Source: Octopus vulgaris
Taxonomy: Eukaryota
Length of the DNA stretch: 64,000 nucleotides
Assembly: GCA_951406725.2 (NCBI GenBank)
Contig: OX597831.1
Span: 60,884,001 to 60,948,000, forward strand
Direction: 5' to 3'
This document shows, in pieces, positions 28,900 through 42,900 of the stretch. Position numbers and translations under genes: made by a program. Under the pieces are notes generated by a model, which searched no databases, was not told where the DNA came from, and was given only the letters and a program-made list of their open reading frames with translations. Each line of letters begins with the position of its first letter. Position 1 is the stretch's first letter.

Positions 28900-29130
28900 A
28901 GGCGGATTGCTTGCTAAACATTTGAGGGTTCTTATCCTAAGTTTACATTAACAGGTACGCCTAGATTAAGCATATAAGTACGAGGCAAATCCAGCATGTG
29001 GCACCTGCTTACACATTATAAGTTTTCGTATCCTCTTCAATTCTAGAAGCCATCTTTGAATATAATTCCCATATGCATACTGTCATTCTCTATGGCTCAA
29101 AATGCTGACATTATGACAATGTTGTTCACA
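28900..29130 (+). pseudogene. Possible highly decayed RTE reverse transcriptase fragment
   Basis: gtcattctctatggctcaaaatgctga reads VILYGSKC*, resembling the RTE LLYGxExW motif; little other support. Confidence 0.25.
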
Positions 29131-29940
29131 AATGTGTTGTCCGTTTGGCAACTACCCGATTTCGATTACAAATAGAAACCAGATTTCCATGTCCCATTAG
29201 GTTCAGGGGTGATTTACATTTGCAAACTTATAAACTTCATTTAATATGTCTTTCTACTGAAAGAACTGGTGTCATTTTTCCCTGCTTATTTCTTTACACA
29301 CCACGTTTCACCCCGAATCAAACTCACAACTGAAATCTTCAATTAATATATTAGATCAATAAAGCGATTTCGTTGAATAAAATCCAGACAGCCTTGAAAA
29401 GTATGCGCAAACTTACTTCAACGGAACAATGACTGTATTTAAAACAGTTTTGAAGTGTACTTACCAACTTAGTTTTTAGGAAACGTCAAATTAGTAGATT
29501 TCAAATACCTGCAGGATATACTCTCTCTGCCTTCGAAGCAATAAACATTATTCAAATCTGATTTTGACAATCTCTATTATTAACTTTGTTTATAGCTTGT
29601 AGAGCAGAGTAAACAGGAAAAATCTTTAAACACGACAAACCAAGAAGATTTATCTTCATCAAATCACCTATCAATACAAGCACCAAAATGCCCAAAACTT
29701 TCTGTTGAGCTCCATGTATATTTTGGTTTCGTTAATATCGTACAAGCGCAAAACATGTATTTCACAAATTAAATAACGCGATCCTAGAAACACGAACCAA
29801 AGAGGACGGCCACAACTGCTCCTTCGGGTTTGACACTGGATTCAACATGATTTAAAATAAAAATTCAAGGGTTGCAGATGTGTTGAAATATTAAACTAAA
29901 TGTTGATAATTCCTCATTGCTCTTATCTCTCACCTTACTC

Positions 29941-29979
<39 letters not shown>

Positions 29980-30133
29980 CTCATTCTACCTCACTCTTCC
30001 TTTCTAACATATATGATAGGTAACCATGTTATCCACAATCGTCCTTCAGTTATTAATGAAGTTCTTATTTAATACTTCTCTTTACGACTAAAAGTTTAAC
30101 TTTGAAGTTATACGATGATTTCTGTCCAACAAC

Positions 30134-30210
<77 letters not shown>

Positions 30211-30307
30211 TTGATAGAAATAGTAAGACAACAAAAGAAAGAAAGAGAACTCGATATTATATAAATAGAGGAATTTATATGTAAATATAATATGTGACAA
30301 TTATTCG

Positions 30308-30383
30308 GTAGCCATGATAAAACTCCGAGTTTCGAATATCGGGGCGGAAACGCATGTCGCCATCCCTTCAGTTATCCGGCCAT
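30308..30383 (-). ncRNA. Degenerate hammerhead ribozyme in a PLE pLTR-like element
   Basis: Minus strand gataa-ctgaag(g)-ggat...attc-gaaa-ctcggag-tt-ttatc; A9 is missing or substituted. Confidence 0.55.
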
Positions 30384-30764
30384 CGGAAAAATGCTATGAA
30401 AATGACCGATAAACAATGGGGAATTACAGTGTGATTGACCGTTATTAAGACAAAAGAGCTATGAGACTGACAGCTAAGTGAGGGGAGGGAGTAAAGGTAA
30501 GGGAGTGAAAATGTTCATAGTATTCACGTAAAGGCGCATGCCCATACCTACACATGCGCGCCCGGGCACCTACGTACATGCGCCTATAAGTATATACTCA
30601 TCCACCCTCACTTGAAACACATGGATACCGAAGTTTAAAGGCGGTAACCCGTTACTTACATAAATCGTACCAGGAATAAGACCGAACATGGATGAAACCA
30701 AAATTAACAGTAGAAACAAAAACAACAATAATAATGATGATAATGATAATAGTAATAACGAAAA

Positions 30765-30925
30765 CACCGGCAATTACGAACATAGTGCTACTAGGAACCA
30801 TTCATATCCTACTCAAAGTACTTACAATCCAGTAAAAATAATAGCAACAAAACAAACCACTACACATAAATTACACAGAGCTGCGGCTCATAGCGCAGTG
30901 AAAACATGTGATATAAATAAGACCA

Positions 30926-30930
<5 letters not shown>
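30765..30930 (+). mobile_element. R4/Dong LINE 3' end
   Basis: IVLLGTIHILLKVLTIQ* then a 3' UTR similar to 40498-40620, ending in (TAA)n. Confidence 0.65.
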
Positions 30931-30993
<63 letters not shown>

Positions 30994-30999
30994 TGAACA

Positions 31000-31956
31000 A
31001 TGAACAATGGAGATTGCTACAATTGGCCTAGACACCTACCTGAAAAAACTCTGAGGACTGGATGCTAAAACTTGTCTCAAAACATGAAAACAAGAAAGCA
31101 TCATACTCAGTCACAAAACAGGCAAAGGAATATCTAAGTGAATTCCGAATACAACCAATTTCGGAATTAGCGATAGACATACAAGAAACAAGCACAGAAA
31201 AAGCTAGGCGCATGAAAACCCGTGCCAAAACCGCGGCCTTAGATATTCTGAATAATAAATGGCAAGAAAAACCTCTCTATGGCAAATACCCAAAGAGAGC
31301 GAATAATGCAGATATTGACAAAGCCCTGACCCATCAATGGCTAATGGCCTCTGGCTTAAAATCTGAGACAGAGGAGTTTATCATAGCAGCTCAAGATCAA
31401 TGCCTACCAACAAGAAACTACCAGGCCAACATATTAAAGAACGGCAGTAGCCCAACATGTGTGTATGCCGACAACAAAATGAAACCATTGATCATGTTGT
31501 CTCCAAATGCAGTCTTCTAGCGCCTACAGAGTACCTCAGTAGGCATGATAGAGCTGCACAATATATTCACTGGGTAATTTGCTAAAACCTTGATTTGCCC
31601 CATGAAAAACACTGGTGGGAACACAATCTCTGATCACGAGCAGAAGTAGTGGGGGAGCATCATAGCCATGTGTTGAGAGGGATTCTTTGGGCGTTTCATT
31701 CAACATCCTGAAATAACCCGTATTCAAGGACCTTTTGAGCAGGATGGGTTACTCGACCAGAAGAAAATTCTAAGTGGGCCCCTCCAGCAAGGTCATGTGC
31801 TGTTTATCCTGATATGAGATCACCATGTCGCGCACACATGGTTGTGATGCATGTGCCTAGTGTACCCTTATCAGACGGGTAGTCATGATGGGTATACTGG
31901 GCTTTGTATATTTTTACCCCAGTGTTACTTTGGTGCCATGCACTGCTCTCTCACGC

Positions 31957-31957
<1 letters not shown>
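31000..31957 (+). pseudogene. R4/Dong-clade non-LTR retrotransposon fragment between (TAA)n arrays
   Basis: KWQEKPLYGKY..WL..SGLKSETEEFIIAAQDQCLPTRNY, then frameshifted ETIDHVVSKC..LAPTEYLSRHDRAAQYIHW zinc-knuckle region. Confidence 0.85.
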
Positions 31958-32008
<51 letters not shown>

Positions 32009-32739
32009 GTAACAATAATAATAATATTTCTTTCAAATTTTAGCACAAAGCCCTCAAATTTAAGGTAAGATGGTAGTGTATTACTCTGACTGCAATACTT
32101 CTCAAATACTACAAATTTTAAACTGTGATATTTGCTTTAAAGAAAGATAAGAAATACACATTAAAGTATTGAGTATTAACGGATACAAATATATTTCGAC
32201 GGTGTTAGATATCCAGTCTTTCCTCCATCTTGTAACTATTGATATGCACGAACAGATATATTAAAATGCGGTTTCATCATTTTGCTTTGATTATTATTAC
32301 TCAACATGAAACACTGTGGGAGAAATAATTTCGGAATATTTTCAATAACTTCTTAAGTGTAAACTACCTATGTACAGTGAATAGATAAAGAAAAATTTAA
32401 TCGATTTCACGACATGCTAGCACTGCGTTTTCCTTCCAGGTGGAATGAAGGGAAAAGACAAGCCTACAGGGAAGGTTTGAACTCAAAAGCTAGTGAATCG
32501 AAATTAAAATATCCTACGGCATTTACTACAGGATTCTTCCATATCCTACACTCTAACATCTCACTGTTTGAAAATAATTAATTTCCTTTCGCATCTTTTC
32601 CTTACCGCTTTTATCTTTACCTCATACTTCTCCTCCAGTAACAAACATCACCTTATCTGACACTACAAAAGATTCATCTTTATACTGATTCGGATGACCA
32701 ATAAGTTTAGTAGTAGAGGAATTTTAGCAAGAAGTCTGC

Positions 32740-33112
32740 ATCATCATCATCATCATCATCATGGATACCATCATCCTCCTCACCATCATCAACAGCGTAA
32801 TAATCGTCATCACTATGATCAAAATAACGTTAAACCGGTTTTCACCCGCGTTGAATGCTTTCATCTACGTCTTTATCTTCGTACAGATCGCGATCAACTT
32901 TGACATAATAGATGTTCGTGGTTTTGTTGTAGCTATCATCATCATCATCATCATCATCGTCATCATCATAACCACCACCACCATCATCATCATCGTCATC
33001 ATCATCATTATTGTAGTCTACACTGTCATCGTCGTCGTTGTCGTCATCGTCTTCATAATCCTCATCATTTATTGATATTATTGTTCTTATTATTATTAAT
33101 ATTATTGTTGTC

Positions 33113-33180
<68 letters not shown>

Positions 33181-33195
33181 TATTATTATTATTAT
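32740..33195. repeat. (CAT/CGT)n cryptic repeat followed by (TTA)n
   Basis: Direct inspection. Confidence 0.9.
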
Positions 33196-33199
33196 CCTT

Positions 33200-34030
33200 T
33201 TCATTAGCAACTTTTTTCAATTACGTTTCCATTTCTTGCCGAGTGTCATCCTGGAACCTAGGGCAGAGAAACGTACGGTATACATGGAATGTCATTAAAA
33301 CAAACGCACCAGATTGTTCATATACAGAGTCATGTGATAGAGTATAAGGAGAAAACAGAAAGAAAAAAAGAAAAGAGAAAAAATAGGAAAGTAAACCAAT
33401 AAAATAAAGGGCGTTAAGGGAGAGAAAATTTACAGCGACAATGCTCTTCTCAATACGAGTGAAGTACCAGTTAAGGCACTCTTTAGTACTTCCTGCATGG
33501 AAGGTAAGCCAGGGATCATACTTTAAAAGAATTTAAAGTTCATTTTTTTATCATTCCAAGTGCTCCTACAATCACTGGTCTTTTAACCGTCTTGAGATGC
33601 CACATTTTTTCAATTTAGATGAGCATATCTTTATAGTTTCTGGGCTTATCGAATTATCTTGCCGAGATATTATGGTCACAGGGTATGCTCATGTCAATCA
33701 AAAAAACAGACTTTATTGCTTTCGTCTTTCACAACAATATCTGGTTTGTATACCTTGATGGGCCGGTCTATACATACCGGGAAATCCCAAAGAATAGTTA
33801 TATGTTCTCCCTCAGTTACAGCCTCAGGGTGATTTTTGTAATATTTCTCAGCGGAATTGATTATATAAAGCCAAAACATTATCCAATATAGATATTGGCC
33901 AATATAAATGATCTAATATAGATATTGTCATCTCTTGATTTGTACACTACAGATGCTAAAACCTTACACCAAGAGATTAGGTAGTGCACTGTTTCTATCC
34001 CATTTTTGCAGTATCGGCCTGTTTTCAATG
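33200..34030 (-). pseudogene. R4/Dong LINE restriction-like endonuclease fragment plus 3' UTR
   Basis: ILWDFPV..DRPI...KPDIVVKD, PVIVGALG, ALTGTSLVLRRALSL*; 3' end abuts (TAA)n on the minus strand. Confidence 0.85.
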
Positions 34031-34299
34031 GAAGGCAATGAGAAGGAGCTCCCAGTGGCTGCAGTGAGTTTAAGAACTCAACCGGGTATTTGACAATTTT
34101 GATTTATCCACAACAGTCTATAGATTTGTATGTTCGTTTCTTGTTAAACGATTCCAGAGGCTTCATTTTAAATTATTCACAGTAACGTTCTTTGGTTCCA
34201 TTATTGCTCATTCACACAACCAAGCAGAATTTGTGTAATTTAAAATTATACCTGGAAAAGCTTTTTCAATATGTTCTAACTAAGGTGCAGATTTTTGAT

Positions 34300-34875
34300 G
34301 GTTTTAAGTCCCCCTCAGGATTTATATGTAGCCTTCCATCTCCATGTTGCAAAATAGTATAGTATAATGTGACCTCATAATTGTAGAAATCTTTGACGCT
34401 TTCATATGTTTCTTTAAAATAGGAGATTACAAGCATGCTTTCAATTTATCCGCTTTGTTCTGAGAATCACGGGCGAAGCTCGTCTGAAATTACTTGAAAA
34501 TACTACTGTCACACCTCGCATTACACAATTGGAATTGCATAAATCCGGCAGCATTCTGTTAAGTGTTTCTACTGATTTTTTGTGGGACATTATAGCTTCG
34601 TGCATGAGAAATTGAGCTACATAAGAACCTTTGCAGACATGATTTGAAGTTAGATTGAATGGCAGCAACTTGAATGCTGCATGAATTGTTCTACCACCTA
34701 GCAGTAAAATCACAGCAATTCTAGAGCTCGCTACAGCTAAGGCTATTTCCTTTGTCTGCCCGACACTAAATCTGTAACCAAATTTTTTGCAGTTTCTCCT
34801 GGTGCGACTAAAAAATATAACCGTCCTTTCTTATGCCTCACTTGGTCAATGGTTGTTGTATATGCAACACGTTAG
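34300..34875 (-). pseudogene. Helitron PIF1-like helicase relic
   Basis: LLLGGRTIHAAFKL, EAIMSHKKSVETLNRMLPDLC..MRGVTVVFSSNFRRASPVI. Confidence 0.8.
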
Positions 34876-34884
34876 GCTGGAAAA

Positions 34885-35025
34885 CTTCTGGAGTTAAGTA
34901 TAGCTCCCGGATCGAGTGAGTTCCTTAGGATTCTCTTGCGTTCGTCTATTCATAGCTTGCAGCGTTTCATCCCTTTGATGTAGGGGCTTGGGTTTACGAG
35001 GATATTCCATGATATCGAGCGCCAT
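34885..35025 (-). pseudogene. Inverted diverged copy of PLE endonuclease C-terminal fragment
   Basis: Reverse complement aligns with ~36130-36270 (e.g. gaaacgctgcaagctatg, actcactcga, tacttaactccag). Confidence 0.75.
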
Positions 35026-35231
35026 TGATGCTGCTGCTGTCGTCGTCGTCGACGGTGCTGTTGCTGAAGGCGGGGCTGTTGGCGTTGGTGCTGGCAAATG
35101 TGGGGGTGGGGTTGGTATTGGTAATACTATCACCGTTACCGGTTAAGAAAGTGCTGTTACTGCTGCCAGAAGTGTAATTGGTCGAGCTTCTGCTTCTGCT
35201 GGGTCGTTTCTGCTGTTGTTGCAACAATACC

Positions 35232-35602
35232 TATTTCTTTACTACCCACAAGGAGCTAAACACAGAGAGGACAAACAAGGACAGACAAACGGAGTAAGTC
35301 GATTATATAGACCCCAGTACGTAAGTGGTACTTATTTAATCGACCCCGAAAGAATGAAAGGCAAAGTCGACCTCGGCGGAATTTGTACTCAGAACGTAGC
35401 GGCAGACGAAATATCTATTTCTTTACTACCCACAGTTGATTATATCGGCCCCAGTGCGTAACTGATGCTTAATTTATCGACCCCGAAAGGATGAAAGGCA
35501 AAGTCGACCTCGGCGGAATTTGATCTCAGAACATAACGGCAGACGAAATACCGCTAAGCATTTCGCCCGGCGTGCTGACGTTTCTGTCAGCTCGCCGCCT
35601 TA
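35232..35602 (-). mobile_element. SINE family B with partial tandem duplication
   Basis: Exact 18-bp TSD tgttgttgcaacaatacc (35214-35231 / 35603-35620). Confidence 0.9.
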
Positions 35603-35994
35603 TGTTGTTGCAACAATACCAGCAACAACAACATCAGTGATAACATCGACAGCAATTGTAACAACATGAAAAGGTACTTTACCGGAAACACACGTAGGGG
35701 TGGTAACATTACTGAGGCAGTCACCCCCTCCAGCGGTACCATCACCAACACCAGCAATTCCGGCAACAACAGGATTATCAGTAGCATCATCAGCATCATC
35801 AACATCAACAGCATCAAGAGCGGAGGCAACATCATCGATGACACCAACGACGCCAACAACATCAACAGAAGCAGCAACAACATCGGCAGCAAAGACATGG
35901 GCAGCTACAACTACATCAACAGCTGTAGCAGCAACAACAGCAGCAACAGTAGCAACCACAACAATAATATGTACAGCAACGACATCGCACGTCC

Positions 35995-36540
35995 ACTGAA
36001 ATATATTGGCTGGACCGGAAATCCATTCAAGTAACGTTCTTTCAAACATCTATCCTCCTTCAGAGTCCCGGAAAGGAGATATGTAACATCACTGGCCACC
36101 CACATTTGGCAACTAAAAGACGACGGATTTCCTCATTCGATCTCATGGAAAATCCACGTAAACCCGTCCCCTACATGAGAGGGACGAAACGCTGCAAGCT
36201 ATGCATAGTGGAACACACGAGAATTCTAAGGGACTCACTCGAGACAGGGGCTGTACTTAACTCCAGGACGGAGATCTTCGGGCCATGTTTGCATTTTAGA
36301 AGATTTCTGCTAGCCTTTTGGGAACCGCCAGAAATTGATAGCTAACGGTAGAGGAAGATAATACCTCATTGTTTACCTAACAGCTGAACGATGGTAGTAT
36401 GGCCGTAAATCGATAGCCATTGGCAATGGGAGATAATCCAGGCTTTTCGCCTCCATATTTTACAGAGGTTATAGGCCAACATGTCTTGTGGTCTGACGAT
36501 AAGCCATAAATATATGAACGGAAAACCCAGGGTAACCCTA
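35995..36540 (+). pseudogene. Penelope-like element 3' end: GIY-YIG endonuclease fragment plus pLTR with hammerhead-like motif
   Basis: KYIGWTGNPFK*R..HLSSF..TSLATHIWQLK..W, then PY..GTKRCKLC..E..LNSRTEIFGPCLH; ggt-ctgacga...gaaaacccagggta-acc at 36490-36537; ends at (TA)n. Confidence 0.8.
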
Positions 36541-37460
36541 ATATATATATATGTACACGCATTATATACACAAACACACCTATGAAGCAGACATACAACA
36601 TATCACATTTACCTATTTTACCGTAGATTGAAAACAACGATGAAAATCCTCATTCAATTTTTTTACCTTTATTACGGTTTCATCAAGCGTGTTTACATCT
36701 CTTAAACAATCATTGAGAAACAAGGAGCCCATTAGTTTACAAGCCCAAGTTTAGTAGTTCCAGGGAACTTAACTGACTAATTTGCGCTCTATAGAAGCGT
36801 AACCCTTTATTTATTAAAAGAGGTCTGTCAACGGTTAAAGTTGTCGTATAGTATCAAAGTTGTATGTTAGGAATATACACACGTAGTAAACATACAAACA
36901 TTTCGAATTTAAATATTGAGTAATAGATTTTTAAAACATGATCAACAGCGTTAGTCGATTTATGATCCTTGACGGGATCTCTGCATAGCTGTCTACATCA
37001 CTTGACTAATTCCAGATTAACAATTAGCCAATCAGTTTTATACATATCAATTGTAGTAGCTCCAGTTAACTAGCACGACTAATTTCCATACCAAAATCGG
37101 TTGACAATATATTTCATACTAAAGTTTCCCGAGTCTTTCATTTTAAATTATTCACATCAATGAGGAATCTAATCCGCACAAAATCGAGGTAAGATAGCTG
37201 TAATTCTACATTGTAGACATGTAGACATGTAAGAACAATTATATATATATAACAATAATCAAGGGTTTAGCAACAAGTTGCTTCACACATACCGAAAATT
37301 TAGAAATGGCAGCCAAAAGACCGCTATTTCTATTTCCTACAAAACATGTCTCCACAGATAACAATATTTGTAACTCACATAGGTAAAGTGAAGAAAAATA
37401 ATAGAATCAGCCTTCGATTAATTATGGACGCGTTTCTGGATTAGAATTATGAATTCACTC

Positions 37461-37530
<70 letters not shown>

Positions 37531-37537
<7 letters not shown>

Positions 37538-37839
37538 TATTGGTGAATTGAAGAAATGGAGCTGAACGCAGATTGAACAGAAATCGTTTTATTTCATTCT
37601 ACACGTGTTTCGAAAGGCACAATTTACCAAAATCCGATTGAATAATGGGACCAGCGTTCAGCTCCATTTCTTCAATTCACCAATAATATTTTAACTTCAA
37701 TTATCCGCACCAACGCACGGTTGCAACACCATATGGTTGTACCTCCAACCGTGCTGTTTACTGCTGTGATTTTTGCTACCAAGGTATCGGTTAAACTTTT
37801 GATTAATCTACTACAAGATTATTCATCTTTCTATTTCAC

Positions 37840-37842
<3 letters not shown>
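37531..37842. mobile_element. (TA)n-flanked fold-back element with hammerhead 3' half
   Basis: Perfect 39-bp inverted arms 37531-37569 / 37654-37692; minus strand gaaa-cacgtg-ta (37600-37611) followed by aataaa. Confidence 0.7.
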
Positions 37843-37889
<47 letters not shown>

Positions 37890-40151
37890 TATATGCATAA
37901 TCATATATTCGGTACGTATGTGTATTTTTGATTACGGGACCATATATATTCTGAAATAAATAGTCTTATGCAACATGAATTATTTTTATAGTTTTTTTAA
38001 ATCAAATTTCCTGAAACACTACCCATAACATGATTTTAAAATCTCTATGATAAATTAGTGAAGAACAGATAATTGGAAATACAATAAACGGGGCCATAAT
38101 TTTTCATGTGAAATGTCCGAGGATATCAGTAAACCCATAGCCCTGAGAATCGGTTACTATGCGGAACATGCCTGTTTTGCGAAATATATTTTGTCTTTTA
38201 CTTTTGATGTCCAAGTTTACTTGGGGTTCACATTGCTTTTCATTACTGTGGGACCTATAATATAATTAAATACTGCAGTTTGAATTAATATTATATCCCT
38301 CTCCCAATTTCCCTGAAGATATGCGACATTGGGGTTATATAAAAATAAATGCAAAATGTCATCGAGGTATGTCGGTGGGGAATGTATTGTAGCAAATAGA
38401 CTCATTAGCTACGCATTTTATTTCATATTAGGTCCTGAGTTCATGTATTGCTAGAGGTATCGTTACTTTTATTTTTCCCCTGTCAATTCATTATGTAATT
38501 TTGGCGTATTCAATTGACTATACATTCCGTAGCATTTTTAGCTTTTCTCCTATTAAAATCCAACTAATAATTAGAAGCCCCATAAAATCGTTATTAATTT
38601 ATCTGCCTTTGTTTTTTTGCTTATAATCATCAAACGTGATACTTGTAAACTAATTATGCATGTTTATAGTTTCAATACCTGTGGACGGAATATTTTAAAT
38701 CTAATTACATTTGTAAACATGTCGATTCAATACCTATCAGATTTACTCAGCTGTATCTAGGGACAAGTTTTTTATCAACCTCAATCATAAAGTGTTTTCT
38801 CAAAATTATGATGTTTCAATGGATAGAAATGAATCAGGTATGCTGTATAGATAGATAGCTGTAAAACTAAATGCTAAGCAAAATTTATATTGAATTCCAT
38901 TTGCCCATTACGCTAGAATAGTTAATTTTATGAGAAACCAGTATCGTCAATACAATGAAATTATTGATTACAGTAAAACAGCGATTTTATTGCGCCGTTA
39001 ATAAACTCTTAAATTCAAGGTTTTAATTGTATTCCACACATTTCTACGATTGGAATACGATGCAGTAAAACAGAAAAACGATTTTTAAAGAAAATAAAAG
39101 TTATATGGTAAGACGTTTCTCAATGGGTAGGCATCATGGAAAGAAAAGGCATTGATTATTTATTACGTATGTTAGTTATGTTATTTGTACAAATCATCTT
39201 CATACATTATATTTATAACACAGAACAAGCAGTTAAGCATTTACGCATCAAATAATTTTCTCAAACATATATTTTATTTTATGTTATATTTTTCATGCTT
39301 TTACTGCAAACATTTTCCACAATCTTTACACTAATTTTAATTTAATATTGCTGTAATAACTATGTTGTAGATGTATACAAAATCGCAAATAAATCATACC
39401 TAATTTAAGGAAACAAAATGCAATTCACATGCAATTTATTATATGTAACGAAACTATAAAACATGTTATATTATTGGATATCCAGTGTTACACGTTCAAT
39501 GTCATGAGATGACTCAAAAACCTTTACAGAAATGTAAAATATTTCACTCTACATCTCTGTCTCTTTTCTGAAGTCTTCATTGCAATTCTGATAACAGGTA
39601 GTATCTTGGATCGGAGCCGTTTATTGTCGCTCTGAGTAAACCAAATGATTGCAAGTGGGATTACACTGGTGGAATTAATGGGAAAGCTTAATCAATAAAT
39701 CAACGGACTTAGCTTGGTCATTTTGAATCAGTTTGATACTCCCTGGAGTTTACATTAAAGGTGTATGTTGGTGCAGAACATGCGGCCATTCACATGCTAA
39801 TTCAAGGATTAAATAGACAGCTAAGTCGAAAAACTGAATGCTCACCCGACGTTCGTGACTGAGCCAATCATGTATTTGTATGTGCGCGCGTAGATGCACT
39901 GTATGTTTGCATGCGCGTGTGTCCGCATATGTGTGGTTTGCTAGTGAGTGTAAAGATCGATATAGCATGCCCATCCAGCCAGTGGGAGTGGCGTCCCATA
40001 AAAGATACTTCCATATATGTATTTAGAGTCCTTCACATTGATGTCTCAGTGGCAATGGTTGTCCCATAACTGTAACGTCGGGTTGCATATCGCATGGCAA
40101 GTTTAGCTAAGTTACAAAGGTACAAGAATATCGAACAAATGGCGAGATGAA

Positions 40152-40760
<609 letters not shown>

Positions 40761-41268
40761 TAGTATACACAGTGGTGTGTAATGTTTCACCAAAATGAAA
40801 ACTAAACCTTTGCTAGAAATAAAAGTTAAACGCACTCACGCTGCAGTCAAAGTACATGACTGTATACATCATTAAGTGCGTGTGTGTGTGTGTGTTTGTG
40901 TGTGTACTTTTGTTTGCGTGTGCGTGCTTTCATGTTTGTGTGTGAGTGTGTGTTTGTCTATGACTATGTATTATGTATGTCTGGCAGCTGGTGATGGTGA
41001 ATGCATACGCTATTATACTTATTTGAAATGATGGATATGTATAGTGATTAACTGAACGCTATTGATATTGTTTCAAATGAACGTTAATGGATATAACGTC
41101 AGAGGTGGCCTTTAGAAAGAGGGATAAAGAAAAGGAAAACTAAATAAATGAGAAGTATATGACTATATGTATATTAAATAAAACCGCATAGAATAGGAAG
41201 AATATATATCTTGTCAATGAGAAATATAAGAAGAAAATTAATGTTTAAGTTATATATAATGATAGATA

Positions 41269-41820
41269 TCACTTATATGAACTAAATGTGTGTTTCTGCC
41301 AAAGTTTACATCCGTATGCACGCTCTATAACCGTGTTTACAAGAGGATGTTTAGAAAAAAGAATAAAAAATAGTTCAGAATTACAGAGAAGACAGAATTC
41401 TTTGCCTTTATCATAAGGTATCGAGATTGAGAGACTCAACCAATTTAAATTAAATTGTTTATTGTTGTCTTTTAGATCCCAAATTAATTTCCTAAGCCCT
41501 GTACCGTTACATTTATTCCTATCCCTAAATGTAGAGTAATGATTAGAAATTATTTCAGATAACTGTGAAGATGTGCTTCTAATATAAAAATATACTTGAT
41601 TACGAGTAGTAATTTTACACTGGTTTATAGAATTTTTAATTTTAGAGTTACTTGACATAAACTTGATTCTGTTGTAATTGACTTCAGATACAATAACCTT
41701 ATTATTATTAATATTTCTAGTGGGAATTGAGTAACAAATCTGTGATAATTTTGAAATTTCAATAAAAAGGCATATTACTTTACTTTTGGTATTCGAAATA
41801 TAACTTTTTAAACCTGGTTT
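41269..41820 (-). pseudogene. Penelope-like GIY-YIG endonuclease fragment
   Basis: YIRST..NHYSTF..TGLRKLIWDLKD..W..PY..FCLLCNSE, same architecture as the 36 kb fragment. Confidence 0.75.
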
Positions 41821-41940
41821 GCACTTATGTGTTCACCTCTGTGCGTGTGCGTATGTGCGTGTATATGTGTGTATATATATATACAGGGAGAGAGAGAGAG
41901 AGAGATGTGTATATACGTGTGTGTGTGGTGTCATAATATA

Positions 41941-42171
41941 TATTTCTTTACTACCCACAAGGAGCTAAACACAGAGGGGACAAACAAGGACAAATAAAGG
42001 GATTAAGTCGATTATATCGAACAAGTGCATAACTGGTACTTAATTTATCGACCACGAAAGGATGAAAGGCAATGTCAACCTCGGCGAAATTTGAACTCAG
42101 AACGTAACGACAGACAAATACCGCTAAGCATTTCGCCCGTGGCGCTAACGTTTCAGCCAGCTCGGCGCCTT
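41941..42171 (-). mobile_element. SINE family B, monomeric full length
   Basis: TSD gtgtcataa(t/c)ata; matches the 16.9 and 35.2 kb copies. Confidence 0.88.
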
Positions 42172-42482
42172 GTGTCATAACATAGGGATGCCTAAATGTT
42201 GTATGATATCGTCTTTGGTTTAAATATACGTCAACGATGTTTACTTGTTTGATATTCGCATCAACTATCACATTCGAATCGAAAATGTTGCATAACATTA
42301 TGACACCTTTCTTAAGGCAATATTTTGCGTTTCGACAACGATAGAACTATTATATTTGTGTAGTATATATCATATTTGTGTAGGTAACATTCAGATATGT
42401 TTTTAATATAACGTGCATGTTCCTGCTCAACAAAATGAAAGGCCCTTTCTGTAAATCTAAGTAGTAAAATTATTGAATATAG

Positions 42483-42900
42483 ATATTCTGTTGCGTCTGG
42501 GTAGAGTCATTTTCTTTCTGTGCCTCATGATTTAACACACACACCGGTAAAATTTCCACTTTTTTCTTATTTTTATTGTCCTAAAATTTTCGTTGCGTCT
42601 TGCAACGTTTTCAATAGTTTTGACTATTGAAAAGGTTGAAAGACGCAACACAAATTCTACCGGTGAGTGTGTTAAATAATAAGGCACAAAAAGAAAATGA
42701 CTCTCCCCAGACACAACAGAATATGCTTCAACACACGAACTCATATAATGAATCTTGCAAACCAAATCCCAAAACGAAATGAATATAGATAAGTTTGTTC
42801 TATATAGTGCATAAATAATATAACAGACGCAACTATGCATTCCTTTACTTGTAACTTGGAGCCAAGCTCCCAATTTAACGAAAGAGAACGTTTTGGAAAA
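42483..42900. mobile_element. Fold-back PLE pLTR-like element with U3-A8 hammerhead-like motif at the axis
   Basis: Inverted arms ~42483-42618 / 42623-42724 (right arm has a ~40 bp deletion); minus strand cta-ttgaaaa-c-gttgc/aagac/gcaac-gaaa-at-tt-tag. Confidence 0.65.

Noticed and set aside
35587-36049. Ala/Thr/Asn-rich ORFs resembling mucins
   Set aside because: Cryptic CAA/CAG trinucleotide repeat open in several frames on both strands
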